A DNA stretch of 64,000 nt, taken from the NCBI GenBank assembly GCA_040386535.1, contig JAZKFH010000017.1, positions 64,001 through 128,000 of the forward strand, written 5' to 3'. The DNA is from Myxococcota bacterium (GTDB lineage: Bacteria; Myxococcota_A; UBA796; SXON01). The first letter of the stretch is position 1, and each line of letters begins with the position of its first letter. The notes below the pieces were generated by a model that was not told where the DNA came from, did not search any database, and saw nothing but the letters and a program-made list of their open reading frames with translations. Below, piece after piece: positions 1 through 9,802 of this stretch. The translations under genes and the position numbers were made by a program.

Positions 1-144
1 CCTCCGGTTCGGGATGAGGCGGGGACTCCCGCCGACGGTCGGATGACCGTCGAGATCGAGGTAATCACGGGAGGAGGCGGCGAATGGGTGGACAACCGCC
101 CGGCGCCGCGCCGGGTGCGCCCGAGCGGCTGGCGCCCGCGTTAG
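1..144 (+). CDS. 3' end of a gene running in from the left edge (unknown product)
   Basis: Frame 1 is open from base 1 (PPVRDEAGTPADGRMTVEIEV...) to TAG at 142-144. Confidence 0.3.
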   Translation, partial: PPVRDEAGTPADGRMTVEIEVITGGGGEWVDNRPAPRRVRPSGWRPR

Positions 145-154
145 GCTCGGCCCG

Positions 155-1351
155 ATGAGCCTTGGCCCCCAGGAGGCGCGCCCCGCGGGACGACCGTGTT
201 GCCCGCGTTGTCGCCGTCCCGAGCCGGTGTGCGTGTGCGCGACGCTGCGCCCGATGGACAGCCGCACGCGCGTGGTGTTCCTGCAACATCCGCGCGAGGC
301 GCGCATGCCGGTGAGCACGTGCCGCCTCGCGCACCTGTCGCTCCCCAACTCGGAGATGCACGTCGCCATGCGGCCCGAGGGCACCGCGCACCTCGAGGCG
401 CTCGCGAGCGAGCCGGGCACGATGTTGCTGTTCCCGGGGCCGGGCTCCACCGACGTGACCGAGCTGGCCACGCCGCCGCGCACGCTCATCGTGGTGGACG
501 GGACGTGGATCAACGCGCGCAAGGTGGTGGAGCGCTCGCCGATGCTCTCGGCGCTGCCGCGCATCGGGTTCACGCCGTCCAAGCCCGGGAACTACCGCAT
601 CCGCAAGGAGCCGGCGGACCATTGCCTCTCGACCATCGAGGCCGTGGCCTACGTGCTCGAAGCGCTGGAGGACGCGCCCGGCCGCTTCACGCCCATCCTC
701 GGCTCGTTCGATCGCATGGTCGATCTACAGCTCGAATACATCGCCACGCGGCCGCAAACCCGCCCCCCGCGGCCGCCCAAGGGGATCCCCGAGGGCCGCG
801 CCGCCATCGAACGGCTGCGCCAACGGGGCGATCAGGTGCTGCTGGTGTTCGCGGGCGGCAACGCGTGGAGCGAGGCGTCGGGGCTGCCGGGCCCGGCCGA
901 GCTCTTGCATTGGGTGGCGATCCGTCCGTTCACCGGCGAGCGCTTCGAGTGTGTGCTCAAGCCACGGCGGCCGGTCGCGGCCTACGTGCCCGAACGGTTG
1001 GATGTGTCCAGCGCGGCGCTGGACGAGGGCGAGACGGTCGAAGACGCGTTGGCGCGTTGGTACCAATTCGTGTCAGCGGACGATGTGTTGTGCACCTGGG
1101 GCAAGTTCGCGACCGATCTGCTGCGTGCGGAGGGGATCGGGGCGTCGGTGGAGGCGGGCGCGGCGGAGTACCTCGATCTGAAGCGATTGGCGTCGGGGCT
1201 GCGCAACGCGCGGCTCGGCGGGGTGGAGCAGGTTGCAGAGCGCCTGGGCGCCACGATCCCGGAGGCCGACCGCGCCACGCGCACGCTCACGGCGCTGGAG
1301 GTGGTGGTGCGGGGGCTGTTGGAGAACGGGTTGCGGGGGATGCCGGCATAG
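155..1351 (+). CDS. DTW-domain protein (tRNA-uridine aminocarboxypropyltransferase-like) fused to a degenerate DnaQ/DEDDh-like C-terminal domain
   Basis: CPRCRRPEPVCVC, QHPRE, LLFP, IVVDGTW and YRIRKEP..CLSTIEA motifs; the C-terminal ~170 aa follows the DEDDh exonuclease pattern. Confidence 0.85.
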   Translation: MSLGPQEARPAGRPCCPRCRRPEPVCVCATLRPMDSRTRVVFLQHPREARMPVSTCRLAHLSLPNSEMHVAMRPEGTAHLEALASEPGTMLLFPGPGSTDVTELATPPRTLIVVDGTWINARKVVERSPMLSALPRIGFTPSKPGNYRIRKEPADHCLSTIEAVAYVLEALEDAPGRFTPILGSFDRMVDLQLEYIATRPQTRPPRPPKGIPEGRAAIERLRQRGDQVLLVFAGGNAWSEASGLPGPAELLHWVAIRPFTGERFECVLKPRRPVAAYVPERLDVSSAALDEGETVEDALARWYQFVSADDVLCTWGKFATDLLRAEGIGASVEAGAAEYLDLKRLASGLRNARLGGVEQVAERLGATIPEADRATRTLTALEVVVRGLLENGLRGMPA

Positions 1352-1373
1352 GTGGCGCGGGAGGCGGCGCCCG

Positions 1374-2384
1374 CTACTCACACCCCGTGTACCAGAGCGT
1401 CGGCCCCCTCGCCTCCGAGACCTGCCAGAATCCGCCCTGGAGCGGATCGTAGGCGACCGCCTCGCCCTGGAGCTCGAGCGCGAACGTGATCGACTCGGGC
1501 GTGCCCGGCGCGGTGGGATCGCGCAGGTCGATCTCGTAGAGGTGCAGGTAGGCGCGGAGCAGCAGCGTGGCGCCGTCGGTCGACAGATCGGCGGCGGTGG
1601 TGCGCGCGGTCAGGTCCTCGTCGGGGGCGCCGGTGGGCACGTCCGCGAGCCACTCCAACAGGGTGTTGCCGAGCGGGAGTTGGTAGATGCCCGCGGTGGC
1701 GTCCTCTCGCTTGGTCACGACCAGGGGCGTGCCATCGGGCAACACCGCGAGGCTCTCCGCGTCCTGGGGGAGGTCCGGGTAGGTGAAGGGGCGCACCTCG
1801 GGCACGGCCGAGAGCTCCATGGTGCCGTCCAGCAGCGGCTCCTCGATGACCAGCACGGCGAACTCGGAGCGGTCGGTGCCGCGCGTGCCGATGTCCCCAA
1901 TGACGAGGCACCACCCCGTGTCACACGGGCCGATGGCGATGTCCTCCCAATCGTCGTTCTCCACCCCCTCCACGTGGAGCGTGGCGACGGTGGCCCCGGT
2001 GAAGTCGAGCGCGTAGAGGTCGGCGGCGCCGCCGGAGTCCTCGTGCGTCCACAAGATGCCGGGGTTCTGGCGGCTGACCGCGAGGCCGGAGAGCTCGTCC
2101 AGCCCGGGGTCGTCGACGATGCCCATCGCCACGGCGGGCGCGTACACGGCGCAGGGCCCGGTGGAGGGCTCGATGAACGTGTCGGTGTCGGTGTCGGTGT
2201 CCGTGTCGGAATCGGTGTCCGTGTCGGTGTCGGAATCCGTGTCGGAATCGGTGTCGGTGTCGGTGTCCGTGTCGGAATCGGTGTCCGTATCGGTGTCGGA
2301 ATCCCCAGCGGAGTCCGAACCCTCGGGAGGCGTACGCGCGACACAAGCCAACAGGAGGAGCAGCACGCCTCCCACATAGCCCAT
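1374..2384 (-). CDS. Lipoprotein with a (Asp-Thr/Ser)n linker and a probable beta-propeller domain
   Basis: Start ATG 2384 overlaps the upstream stop (ATGA); LLLLLAC lipobox; ELSGLAVS, WTHEDSG, DWEDIA, GDIG, DAESL and QGEAV motifs. Confidence 0.8.
   Translation of the reverse strand: MGYVGGVLLLLLACVARTPPEGSDSAGDSDTDTDTDSDTDTDTDTDSDTDSDTDTDTDSDTDTDTDTDTFIEPSTGPCAVYAPAVAMGIVDDPGLDELSGLAVSRQNPGILWTHEDSGGAADLYALDFTGATVATLHVEGVENDDWEDIAIGPCDTGWCLVIGDIGTRGTDRSEFAVLVIEEPLLDGTMELSAVPEVRPFTYPDLPQDAESLAVLPDGTPLVVTKREDATAGIYQLPLGNTLLEWLADVPTGAPDEDLTARTTAADLSTDGATLLLRAYLHLYEIDLRDPTAPGTPESITFALELQGEAVAYDPLQGGFWQVSEARGPTLWYTGCE
2178..2304. repeat. Hexanucleotide coding repeat (Asp-Thr/Asp-Ser)
   Basis: Tandem gtgtcg/gtgtcc/gaatcg units encoding ~42 aa of DT/DS. 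Confidence 0.95.
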
Positions 2385-3889
2385 CAGGGGGCGGCGAACC
2401 GCCACGTCTCCGAGAGGTCGCCACCGTCCACGCGTACGAACGGCGTGGACGCGGAGATGCGCACCTCGACGGGGCCGGCGGCGGCCGGGGTGAAGGTGGT
2501 CACGTCCTCTGCGGCGAGGGCGCCGTCCACCCACCACTCGGTGCGCGCGCCGGGCAGGAGATCGTCTACGGCGAACGCGCCGGACTCGAAGGAGACCGCC
2601 GCCGCGGGGTCGGTGTAGCGGAACAGGCGCCGCGCGATCAGCTCCGCGCAGACCGGGCAGAAGGTGTCGGCGGTCGAGCCGCGCATCTTGCAGCGGTGGG
2701 CAGGCCGATACAGCGCCGGGCAGTTCCACGCGCCCTCGAAGGCGCCCACGGCGTCGTCCCACGCGCCATCGTCGGGGGTCGGGAGCGGGGTAGCCGCGTC
2801 GATCCACGCGGACCAGGGCGGGGCTGTCGGGTTGTCGGTCACGTTCTCGGGGAGGCCGAGCGCGTCGGAGCGGATGCAGGCGTCGTTCTCGTACTCGTCG
2901 CCCAGCAGGCCGAGCGTGTGGCCGAGCTCGTGCACGCCTGTCGACGGCCAGCTGTCGTTCCCGCCCTTCGGCACCGTTGCGTAGTGCACCGCGAAGCCGC
3001 CCGTGTGTGTCGTGTTCGCGACGATGACGACCATGTCCCACGGGAAGGTCGCCGCCGCGCCGGCCACCCCCCACTGGTCGAGCTGGAAGATGGCGGACGA
3101 GCGGTAGTCGCTGCCGAGGAACGCGTTGGCGATCTCGATGGCGAACACGCTTCCATAGGCGGTGTCGCGCATGCCGCACGTGTCGGTGCAGTCGTAGGAC
3201 ACGCCGGACTCGGCGCTCACGGCGTCCACGCGGTGGATGTTCACGCGGTCGGCGAAGGCGGCGAGCGGCTCGGTCGCGAGGATCTCGGCGGTGAGCCGAT
3301 CGGCGTCGGCGTGCCAGAGCGCCTGCTCCTCCGCGGTGTACCCGTCGCCCATGAGCACGATGTCGAGGCGGTTCTCGGAGTCGCCCGCGTCGTGAAGCGT
3401 GGTCGCGCCGCTGACCACGTCGGAGAGGCCCTGGTCGTCGTTGTCGACGTTGTCGAGATCGTAGCGCCCGACCTCGGCGTACGCGCCGTCGTCCCCGCGG
3501 GCCTCGAACCGGACGGACGCCGCGCCGTCGAGCACGGGCACGACCACGGGGAACTGCCCGAGCTGCGGCAGGGCGCCGAGCAGATCGAAGCCCGCGTCGT
3601 CACTGTAGTACCGCAGGAACTCCTGCACGATCAGCGGCCCGAGCGTGGAGCGCGCGTAGAGCGGCTCACCCGCGGCATCGAGCACGAGGTACCGGAACGC
3701 GTACCGCTCGTCCTCGGCGCCGTCGAGGTCGACCCACATCTCGGCCTGCACGGTGCCGCCCACCGTCACGCTCCCCTCGCCGTCGACCGCCGCCAGCAGG
3801 ATCACCCCGGGCGCGGTGGTGGGGAGCCCGACGGGCACGTGGTCCGCGAGGGGTGGCCGGCACGCGAGGAGGGCGAGGAAGGGGACCAT
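2384..3889 (-). CDS. M64 family (IgA peptidase-like) zinc metallopeptidase, lipoprotein
   Basis: NRLDIVLMGDGYT, HELGHTLGLLGDEY, GAFEGA, YRP..CKM and FCPVC motifs; FLALLAC signal. Confidence 0.88.
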   Translation of the reverse strand: MVPFLALLACRPPLADHVPVGLPTTAPGVILLAAVDGEGSVTVGGTVQAEMWVDLDGAEDERYAFRYLVLDAAGEPLYARSTLGPLIVQEFLRYYSDDAGFDLLGALPQLGQFPVVVPVLDGAASVRFEARGDDGAYAEVGRYDLDNVDNDDQGLSDVVSGATTLHDAGDSENRLDIVLMGDGYTAEEQALWHADADRLTAEILATEPLAAFADRVNIHRVDAVSAESGVSYDCTDTCGMRDTAYGSVFAIEIANAFLGSDYRSSAIFQLDQWGVAGAAATFPWDMVVIVANTTHTGGFAVHYATVPKGGNDSWPSTGVHELGHTLGLLGDEYENDACIRSDALGLPENVTDNPTAPPWSAWIDAATPLPTPDDGAWDDAVGAFEGAWNCPALYRPAHRCKMRGSTADTFCPVCAELIARRLFRYTDPAAAVSFESGAFAVDDLLPGARTEWWVDGALAAEDVTTFTPAAAGPVEVRISASTPFVRVDGGDLSETWRFAAP

Positions 3890-3930
3890 GCCGAGTTCTA
3901 CCTCGCCGGCGCGCGGGTTACCCGCCGACG

Positions 3931-4362
3931 ATGCGCCTCCTGGTCCTGGTCGTGATCCTGCTCGCCGCGTGTGACGGCGCCGCCACGTGCAACGAGAAGA
4001 AGGGCATCGCCCGCACCGCGTGGGGCGAGGTGGGCGTGCGCTACGCCCTGGCCCTGAGCACCGCGGAGGACGCCGTGAAGGAGCCGACCGGCCGCCTGGC
4101 CGCGCTCACCCGCCGTCCCGACGCGCCCGCCGAGGGCAAGGCCGTGCTCGCCGCCGAGATCGCGGCACGGCAAGCCGAGGTCGACACGATCCGGCCCAAG
4201 CTCGAGGCCGCCCGGGCCGTCTCCACCGCCTTCGCGGGCAAGACCGCCGCCGAGGGCCGCGCGCTCGGCGGGGTCGCGGCCGGGCAGCTCGAGGGAGACG
4301 ATGTGCGGGCGGCGGTGGCGCTGGGGGAGGCGGCGGCGGCGGCGTGTGAGGGGGTGGATTGA
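3931..4362 (+). CDS. Hypothetical helical lipoprotein
   Basis: MRLLVLVVILLAAC lipobox; GC3-rich codon usage. Confidence 0.7.
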   Translation: MRLLVLVVILLAACDGAATCNEKKGIARTAWGEVGVRYALALSTAEDAVKEPTGRLAALTRRPDAPAEGKAVLAAEIAARQAEVDTIRPKLEAARAVSTAFAGKTAAEGRALGGVAAGQLEGDDVRAAVALGEAAAAACEGVD

Positions 4363-4369
4363 GGGGTGG

Positions 4370-5023
4370 TCAATCCCGGTCGGGCGCCCCAAGGGGGAAG
4401 TAGGGGCGGAAGGGCCGCGCCTCCTCCACACAACGGGCGAACGACGGGCGGCCCAGGAGGCGCGCGCGGTACGCGCGGAGCGTCGGGCAGCTCTCGGGGA
4501 TCGGGTGGGTCCAGTCGGCGTAGAAGAGCGACGGCCCGGCGGCGCAGTCAGCCAGGCTGAACGTTTCGCCCGCCGCCCAGGTGCGGCCCGCCAACCTTCC
4601 CTCCAGCCAGGCATAGGCGGTCTCCAGCATGGCGCGAGCCTTGTCGTCCCCGATTGGGTCGCGGTCATCCGGCGCGCGCAACGCGTTGGCGACGATCCGA
4701 CCCTGCGGGGTCATCACGTAGGTGTCGAAGAACCGGTCCATCATCCGCACCTCGAGCGCCGCCTTCGGATCGGCGGGGAGCAGGCGCACCGGGCCAGGGT
4801 GCTCGAGGCCCAGGTGCTCGATGATGATGCTGGACTCGACCACGGTGCGGCCCTCGTCCACCAGCACCGGGTACAGCTTGAAGGGCCAGATCAACGTCAG
4901 CTCGTCCGCCACCTTCCTGTCGCCCACCACGGTCATCTCGAACGGCGTGGCGTTCTCATACAGGGCGATGAGCACCTTCTGGCAATAGGAGGAGAAGGGG
5001 TGGGCGTAGAGTTGCAGGGTCAT
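4370..5023 (-). CDS. Glutathione S-transferase family protein
   Basis: LYAHPFSSYCQKV, PVLVD..ESSIIIEHL and FSLADCAA motifs. Confidence 0.92.
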   Translation of the reverse strand: MTLQLYAHPFSSYCQKVLIALYENATPFEMTVVGDRKVADELTLIWPFKLYPVLVDEGRTVVESSIIIEHLGLEHPGPVRLLPADPKAALEVRMMDRFFDTYVMTPQGRIVANALRAPDDRDPIGDDKARAMLETAYAWLEGRLAGRTWAAGETFSLADCAAGPSLFYADWTHPIPESCPTLRAYRARLLGRPSFARCVEEARPFRPYFPLGAPDRD

Positions 5024-5048
5024 GGGGGCCTCGGCTGGGGAGAGTATC

Positions 5049-6161
5049 TCATCTCGCCGCCAGCATCGGCCCCAGGCCCTTCACCAACGCCACAGCGAAC
5101 CGCTCGCCCAAGCCAAGCTCGGATTGGTCGCGTTCTGGGCCGAGGCGCGGATCGGCGGCCGCGAGGGTCCATGTGTAGGTCAGGCGGTAGGGGTTCATCG
5201 CACCGTCGGCGTGCATGCCACAAAAGACGGTTTCGCTGACGCGGAGCACCGGAGCGGCCCATGGCAGCGGGAGCGGCAGCACGAAGGCGATGTCCTCGCC
5301 GGGGAAGTGGATGGTGCCGGTCCACGATACGTCGAGGTCGGCGTCCGGCCGGCGGGTGAGCGCGAGGCGGCTGTCCCCTACCTCGAGGGCGAGCGCGACG
5401 CGAACGCTGTCGTCGACGAGCGCGCCGGCGTAGGCGTCCACATTCTCCGCGCCGTGGACGAAGTGGATCTCGCCGAGATCGAGCGTCGCATCGGGGGCCC
5501 GGCCCAGACGCGCGACCCCACCCGCAATCGCCCTCCGTACGCGGGCCGAGCGCATCGGAAAGTCGGAGTGCACGGTGCGCGGCGCCCCGAGGATGGCGTG
5601 CGCGGCGGCGGCGTCGCCATACCCGGCGCGGCACTGCGCGCGGCGGACGGTCGTGCTGGCGTTGGGCGGCAGCGGATCCGAGGTGAACGACAGCGCGGCA
5701 AGCTCGCCGGCTACCTCGGGCAGCCCGACCAGGTGCCCCCCGAACACCAGGAGAAGGTTGAAGCCCTGCACCCCGAGCCGCTCTCGCGCGGAGAACAGCG
5801 CCCCGCCCTCCGTTGCGACGGTCGCGCCGCGTGCGAGCTCGGCGGCGTCACAGTCCGTGGGCGCGCGGGCGCCGGTGAAGCCGAGGGCGCGGCAGTGGAG
5901 CCGGTTGGTGGTCGCGGCGTACTCGGGGAGCCCGACGAGCGGCACCGTCAGGAGCGCGGCAGCGACGATTCCCGCGGCGGCCGCGCGACGGGGGCGGCGG
6001 GGCCACGGCCAGCAGGCCCAAGCTGCGAGCAGCGCGTGCATCCCACTGAGGGGCATCCCGTATAGGAACAACCACGCGGTGAAGATCAGCCACGCGACCA
6101 GGATGCCGGTCCAAACCAGCACGGGACCTGTCCGAGACGCCGCCTTTGCCACGTCAATCAC
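5049..6161 (-). CDS. Hypothetical membrane protein
   Basis: N-terminal hydrophobic helices; GTGA overlap with the upstream ORF. Confidence 0.6.
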   Translation of the reverse strand: MIDVAKAASRTGPVLVWTGILVAWLIFTAWLFLYGMPLSGMHALLAAWACWPWPRRPRRAAAAGIVAAALLTVPLVGLPEYAATTNRLHCRALGFTGARAPTDCDAAELARGATVATEGGALFSARERLGVQGFNLLLVFGGHLVGLPEVAGELAALSFTSDPLPPNASTTVRRAQCRAGYGDAAAAHAILGAPRTVHSDFPMRSARVRRAIAGGVARLGRAPDATLDLGEIHFVHGAENVDAYAGALVDDSVRVALALEVGDSRLALTRRPDADLDVSWTGTIHFPGEDIAFVLPLPLPWAAPVLRVSETVFCGMHADGAMNPYRLTYTWTLAAADPRLGPERDQSELGLGERFAVALVKGLGPMLAAR

Positions 6162-6529
6162 GGTGCTTCGACGCGTAGCTGCCAGCCAAGCCGACTGCGG
6201 CCCCTCGGCTGAAGGATTCTACTCAACTCTGCGAGCGTGGCAGTGAGGAGAGGATCATCGACGACCCGCAGAACGAACGCGATCTCATCCGAGAGTGGGT
6301 CGATCTGCTCCTCCGGATAGAACCACTTGCCGCTCGCGGGGAGACGGGAGAGCAGGGGCATCTCGTAGGCGAGTCCAAGGTGGCGCAGCCGGTGCAGGAG
6401 GCGCTCGCTCAGCAAAAGGTCCAACGGAACTACCCGCCCGGCGCGGGGGTCCAGCCTCAGCGAGAAGCTGGCCTCCTCGTCCTCGGAGTACCGGGAGGCG
6501 TCGAATCGGTCGGAGAGTTCATCTGGCAT
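6158..6529 (-). CDS. Hypothetical protein
   Basis: 123-aa ORF with GAGGAA SD-like sequence upstream; coupled to the next gene. Confidence 0.6.
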   Translation of the reverse strand: MPDELSDRFDASRYSEDEEASFSLRLDPRAGRVVPLDLLLSERLLHRLRHLGLAYEMPLLSRLPASGKWFYPEEQIDPLSDEIAFVLRVVDDPLLTATLAELSRILQPRGRSRLGWQLRVEAP

Positions 6530-6654
6530 GTTCTTGTTCCTCTTCGACGTTGGCGGGATCGCGAATCATGACCCCGAGGCCCCTCGCGCCGGGCGAGTGC
6601 GGCGCGTTAGCTCCTCTCTATATGCGCATCCTCGCGTAGGCCGCCCTCGGGCTC

Positions 6655-7236
6655 GTGTCCGGCGTGGTGCTGCTCGGGGCGCTCACGAATGCGTGGTCGT
6701 CACGGCTACGGCGACCGAGCCCGAGTCCGCCGATCCCGCACGTCGGGCGCGTCGTGTCCGCGGCGCGCCTCGAGGACGGCCGCATGACGATCGGCGCGGG
6801 GCCCCGCGATCCGATGTTGTGGCTAGAGACAGCGGACAGGTCGGGGTTCGAGGTGAGCCGCCGCGTCCCGTTCCACGCGGCGTTCCTCGTCGCGACGGGT
6901 GACCACTTCCTGCTCCTCGACGACAGCGCCTACGCGGTCGCGCTTTTCGTCGATCCGGACACGGGCGCGCCGAGCCAGGGCCCGGAGGTGGGGGGTCGGG
7001 TCCTCGACGCGATCGCCGACGCGGACGGGCGCGTGTTCGTTCGGCTCCGTGGGTCTTCGGCCTCCCCGCGATGCTGGCGTACTTGTTGCCCCCGGTCGTC
7101 GCGAATTGGTTGTGGCCTCCAGTCGTCCACTTTGGATGATAGTGACGGTGGCGGCCTCCGCTCGTGCAGCTCTGCAAGGAACACCGGGCAGCCCGCCGGC
7201 CCGGCGGCGGTGGCGGGCAAGCTGGGGGCTGATTAG
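6655..7236 (+). pseudogene. Possible degraded or frameshifted gene (beta-rich fragment)
   Basis: Protein-like to ~7050, then the protein-like sequence appears to continue in another frame (GVLVAPGRRELVVASS). Confidence 0.3.
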
Positions 7237-7245
7237 GCGCCTCGG

Positions 7246-8103
7246 ATGGCCAACCGTCACTTCGGCAAGTTCGGCGACGTATGGAAGCACCTTCCGTTGG
7301 CGGAGGTGCTGCGGCTCGAAGCGCCGCTTCGGTATGTCGAGTCCAACGCAGGCGACCCCGAGTATCTGCTGCCCCACGACGCCTACCGGGACGCTGGGGC
7401 GTGGCGCTACCTCGAGGTCGCCAGCAGAAGCTCGGTGTTGGACGCGGCGGTGTACACCCGGCTGCTGAGCGCGTACACGTCGCAGGATCCGCCGCGGTAC
7501 CCAGGTTCCCCCGTCATCGCGCGTGAGGTGCTCGGGCCGGACGTGGCGTTCGATTTCGGCGATCTCGACAAGGAGAGCCTCTACGCCCTCGGGCTGACGT
7601 TCGGAGGAGCCGCGCGGTGTCACCTGATGGACGGGGCGGCGATGACGTTGTCCTTGTTGTCCTCGGCCGATCCGCGATCGACCTTCCTGTTCCTCGATCC
7701 CTATCATCCGCTCGAGCGCCTCGCGGGCGGACCGTCGGCCGCCGAGGTGTTCGCGGAGGCCGGGCGCCGCGGGTTTCCGGCGATGCTCTGGTACGGGTAT
7801 CAATACCGCGCGCGCACCAACCCCGAGCCGGGACACGCGTGTCGGGACGAGCTGTGGGCGGCCTATCGAGAGGCGGGCGCCGAACGGGTGTGGTGGGGCG
7901 AGGTAGAGGTCGAGGACATCGACGTTTCGGCGGTAGCGTTCCACCGGGGCTTCGGCGGGTGCGGGATCGCGGCGGTGAACCTGACGGAAGCGTCGATAGC
8001 CGCGTGCAGCGGGCTCGGGCGGGCGCTGGCGGAGGCCTGGGGCGAGGCGACGATGGCAGAGGGTGGGACGGCGCGGCTCAGGTTTGTGGAGGGTTCGGGT
8101 TAG
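7246..8103 (+). CDS. Divergent RlmJ-like (23S rRNA A2030 N6) adenine methyltransferase
   Basis: HFGKFGDVWKH, YVESNAG, YPGSP, DG and FLDPY correspond to RlmJ motifs HAGNxADVxKH, DTHAG, YPGSP and DPPY. Confidence 0.7.
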   Translation: MANRHFGKFGDVWKHLPLAEVLRLEAPLRYVESNAGDPEYLLPHDAYRDAGAWRYLEVASRSSVLDAAVYTRLLSAYTSQDPPRYPGSPVIAREVLGPDVAFDFGDLDKESLYALGLTFGGAARCHLMDGAAMTLSLLSSADPRSTFLFLDPYHPLERLAGGPSAAEVFAEAGRRGFPAMLWYGYQYRARTNPEPGHACRDELWAAYREAGAERVWWGEVEVEDIDVSAVAFHRGFGGCGIAAVNLTEASIAACSGLGRALAEAWGEATMAEGGTARLRFVEGSG

Positions 8104-8132
8104 CGAGGCGTGGTCCCGGAGAAGGGTTGAGT

Positions 8133-8771
8133 ATGAAGAACGTCGAGCAGATCATCGCTGCGGCGGATGAGTGCTTCGAAAGGGGCGAGTACTCCTCCGC
8201 GGAGCAGCTGTACGACGACGCAATCGAGCGCGAGCCCATGCCGACAGAGGGCCTGGTGTTGAGTTGGATCACCGCTCGGAGCGTGGCCTCCGTTCTAAGA
8301 GCACGAGCATTGGTCAGCCAGCGACCCGATTCATTCGCGCTGCAACACCTTCAGCTTCGAGTCCTGTTGAGGGAACACGAATACGCGGCGGCTGCCGATG
8401 CCGCCACGATGGCCATCTCGCGCTTTGGTTCAGACCCGGGGCAGTCTGCGGAGCTGCGCCACAAGCGTCTTCAGGCTCATGTGGAGCTGTCTCGACATCG
8501 GGTACGTCGCCCGGAACCTTCCTGGGACCTCATCCATCAGGATGTACGGTACTTGTGGTCGGCATACGAGCACGCGGAGAAGAAGCGAGGTCTCTACGCC
8601 GCCATCGTCGAACAGCTGCTCGGGTTGCGGGGCAGCGGAGCCTCCGAGATACTCGATGCGATTGCGGACGACCTGCAAAAGACGCATCCAGAGTTCGCCT
8701 GCGTACTCCGCTCACATGCAACGACGGTGAGACTTTACGCCCTTCAATCGGCGCTCGACTTCCGTAAATAG
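8133..8771 (+). CDS. Hypothetical helical/TPR-like protein
   Basis: ATG 8133 (MKNVEQIIAAADECFERGEYSSAEQLY); visibly more A/T-rich than flanks. Confidence 0.6.
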   Translation: MKNVEQIIAAADECFERGEYSSAEQLYDDAIEREPMPTEGLVLSWITARSVASVLRARALVSQRPDSFALQHLQLRVLLREHEYAAAADAATMAISRFGSDPGQSAELRHKRLQAHVELSRHRVRRPEPSWDLIHQDVRYLWSAYEHAEKKRGLYAAIVEQLLGLRGSGASEILDAIADDLQKTHPEFACVLRSHATTVRLYALQSALDFRK

Positions 8772-8793
8772 GAGAGTCGGCCGCGGGACGACA

Positions 8794-9666
8794 TCAATCC
8801 GGTGGCTGGTACCTTGGGCGCCCAGGGGTGGGGTCTCGACCGCGCCAGCTTCGTAGAAACGGAAAGTACTGAAGGATCTGAGCCGACGTCTCCGTCCGCT
8901 GCGCAGCGGTGCGCTCGTGATACGCCCGTTTCTTCTCGCTGATCTCGGCTTGACTGGCGGCTACCGTCGCAGGGGGCTCAATCAAGTCTGCTTCTCCGCG
9001 GGATACCCCCGTCGTCAGGCGCTCGGCACGCCGAGCCCTGATCGCCGCGACCAGAGCGGTGAGGCGCTCGGGGTGCAGCAACAGGTCGTCGCGGTCAATC
9101 GAGGCGCACCGCAAAAGGTCGGGATGGAGACGTTCGACGAATTCCGCCCACTGAGGCCACTCCAAGAGACGGAGTCCGAGCGGCTGATAGATATGATAGA
9201 GGCTCACCCGAGAAGGGTGGCGCGGGGTTCCGACGCTGTTGTAGACAAAGAACAGGATGTCGAAGGCAGAAAGGTCGGCGTTGGCCAGATGCTTCCGAAG
9301 TGAACGCTCGCGTACCGCACGCGCCTCATCGTGATGTCCAGCGGCGTGCAGAACGGGCGCCAGGCAATGATCATTCCAATGCGCGCTCTCGCTCAGATCA
9401 ATGCCCAACCGTGCCATCTCCTTTCTCCGGCGACGGACGAGGGCAAGGGCGCGCCGATGCTGCCCGGTCTGGAAAAGCGCCTCGAGCTCACGGTGGAAAC
9501 AAGTCTCCAGCAGGGATTCCTGTCCACCTGCTCGCCGGGCGAGCACTCTCACCCGACGGCTGAACGAGACGGCCACGCCAGGGTCCTTGCACTGCCGAAC
9601 CGCGAGAGCATAGAGGAGGAACGCCCGTTCAGGCTCCTCCACGCGGAACAGATCGGGGACGTACAT
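8794..9666 (-). CDS. Hypothetical protein
   Basis: Long ORF, probable start MYVPDLF at 9666; atypical codon usage. Confidence 0.6.
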   Translation of the reverse strand: MYVPDLFRVEEPERAFLLYALAVRQCKDPGVAVSFSRRVRVLARRAGGQESLLETCFHRELEALFQTGQHRRALALVRRRRKEMARLGIDLSESAHWNDHCLAPVLHAAGHHDEARAVRERSLRKHLANADLSAFDILFFVYNSVGTPRHPSRVSLYHIYQPLGLRLLEWPQWAEFVERLHPDLLRCASIDRDDLLLHPERLTALVAAIRARRAERLTTGVSRGEADLIEPPATVAASQAEISEKKRAYHERTAAQRTETSAQILQYFPFLRSWRGRDPTPGRPRYQPPD

Positions 9667-9802
9667 GACATGACTCTCGATCGCGGACCGTACTACAGGC
9701 CCACCTCTGCTGTCGACGTGGAGCGCCGCAACCGACTTCCCGATGCCTCCGCCGTTGACGCCCCCGCGCCCGAACGCGCCCCGCTCCTCCACGTCCGCCC
9801 CA

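Noticed and set aside
4370..9800. Integron cassette array
   Set aside because: Genes are in mixed orientation, with no paired RYYYAAC/GTTRRRY sites and no integrase
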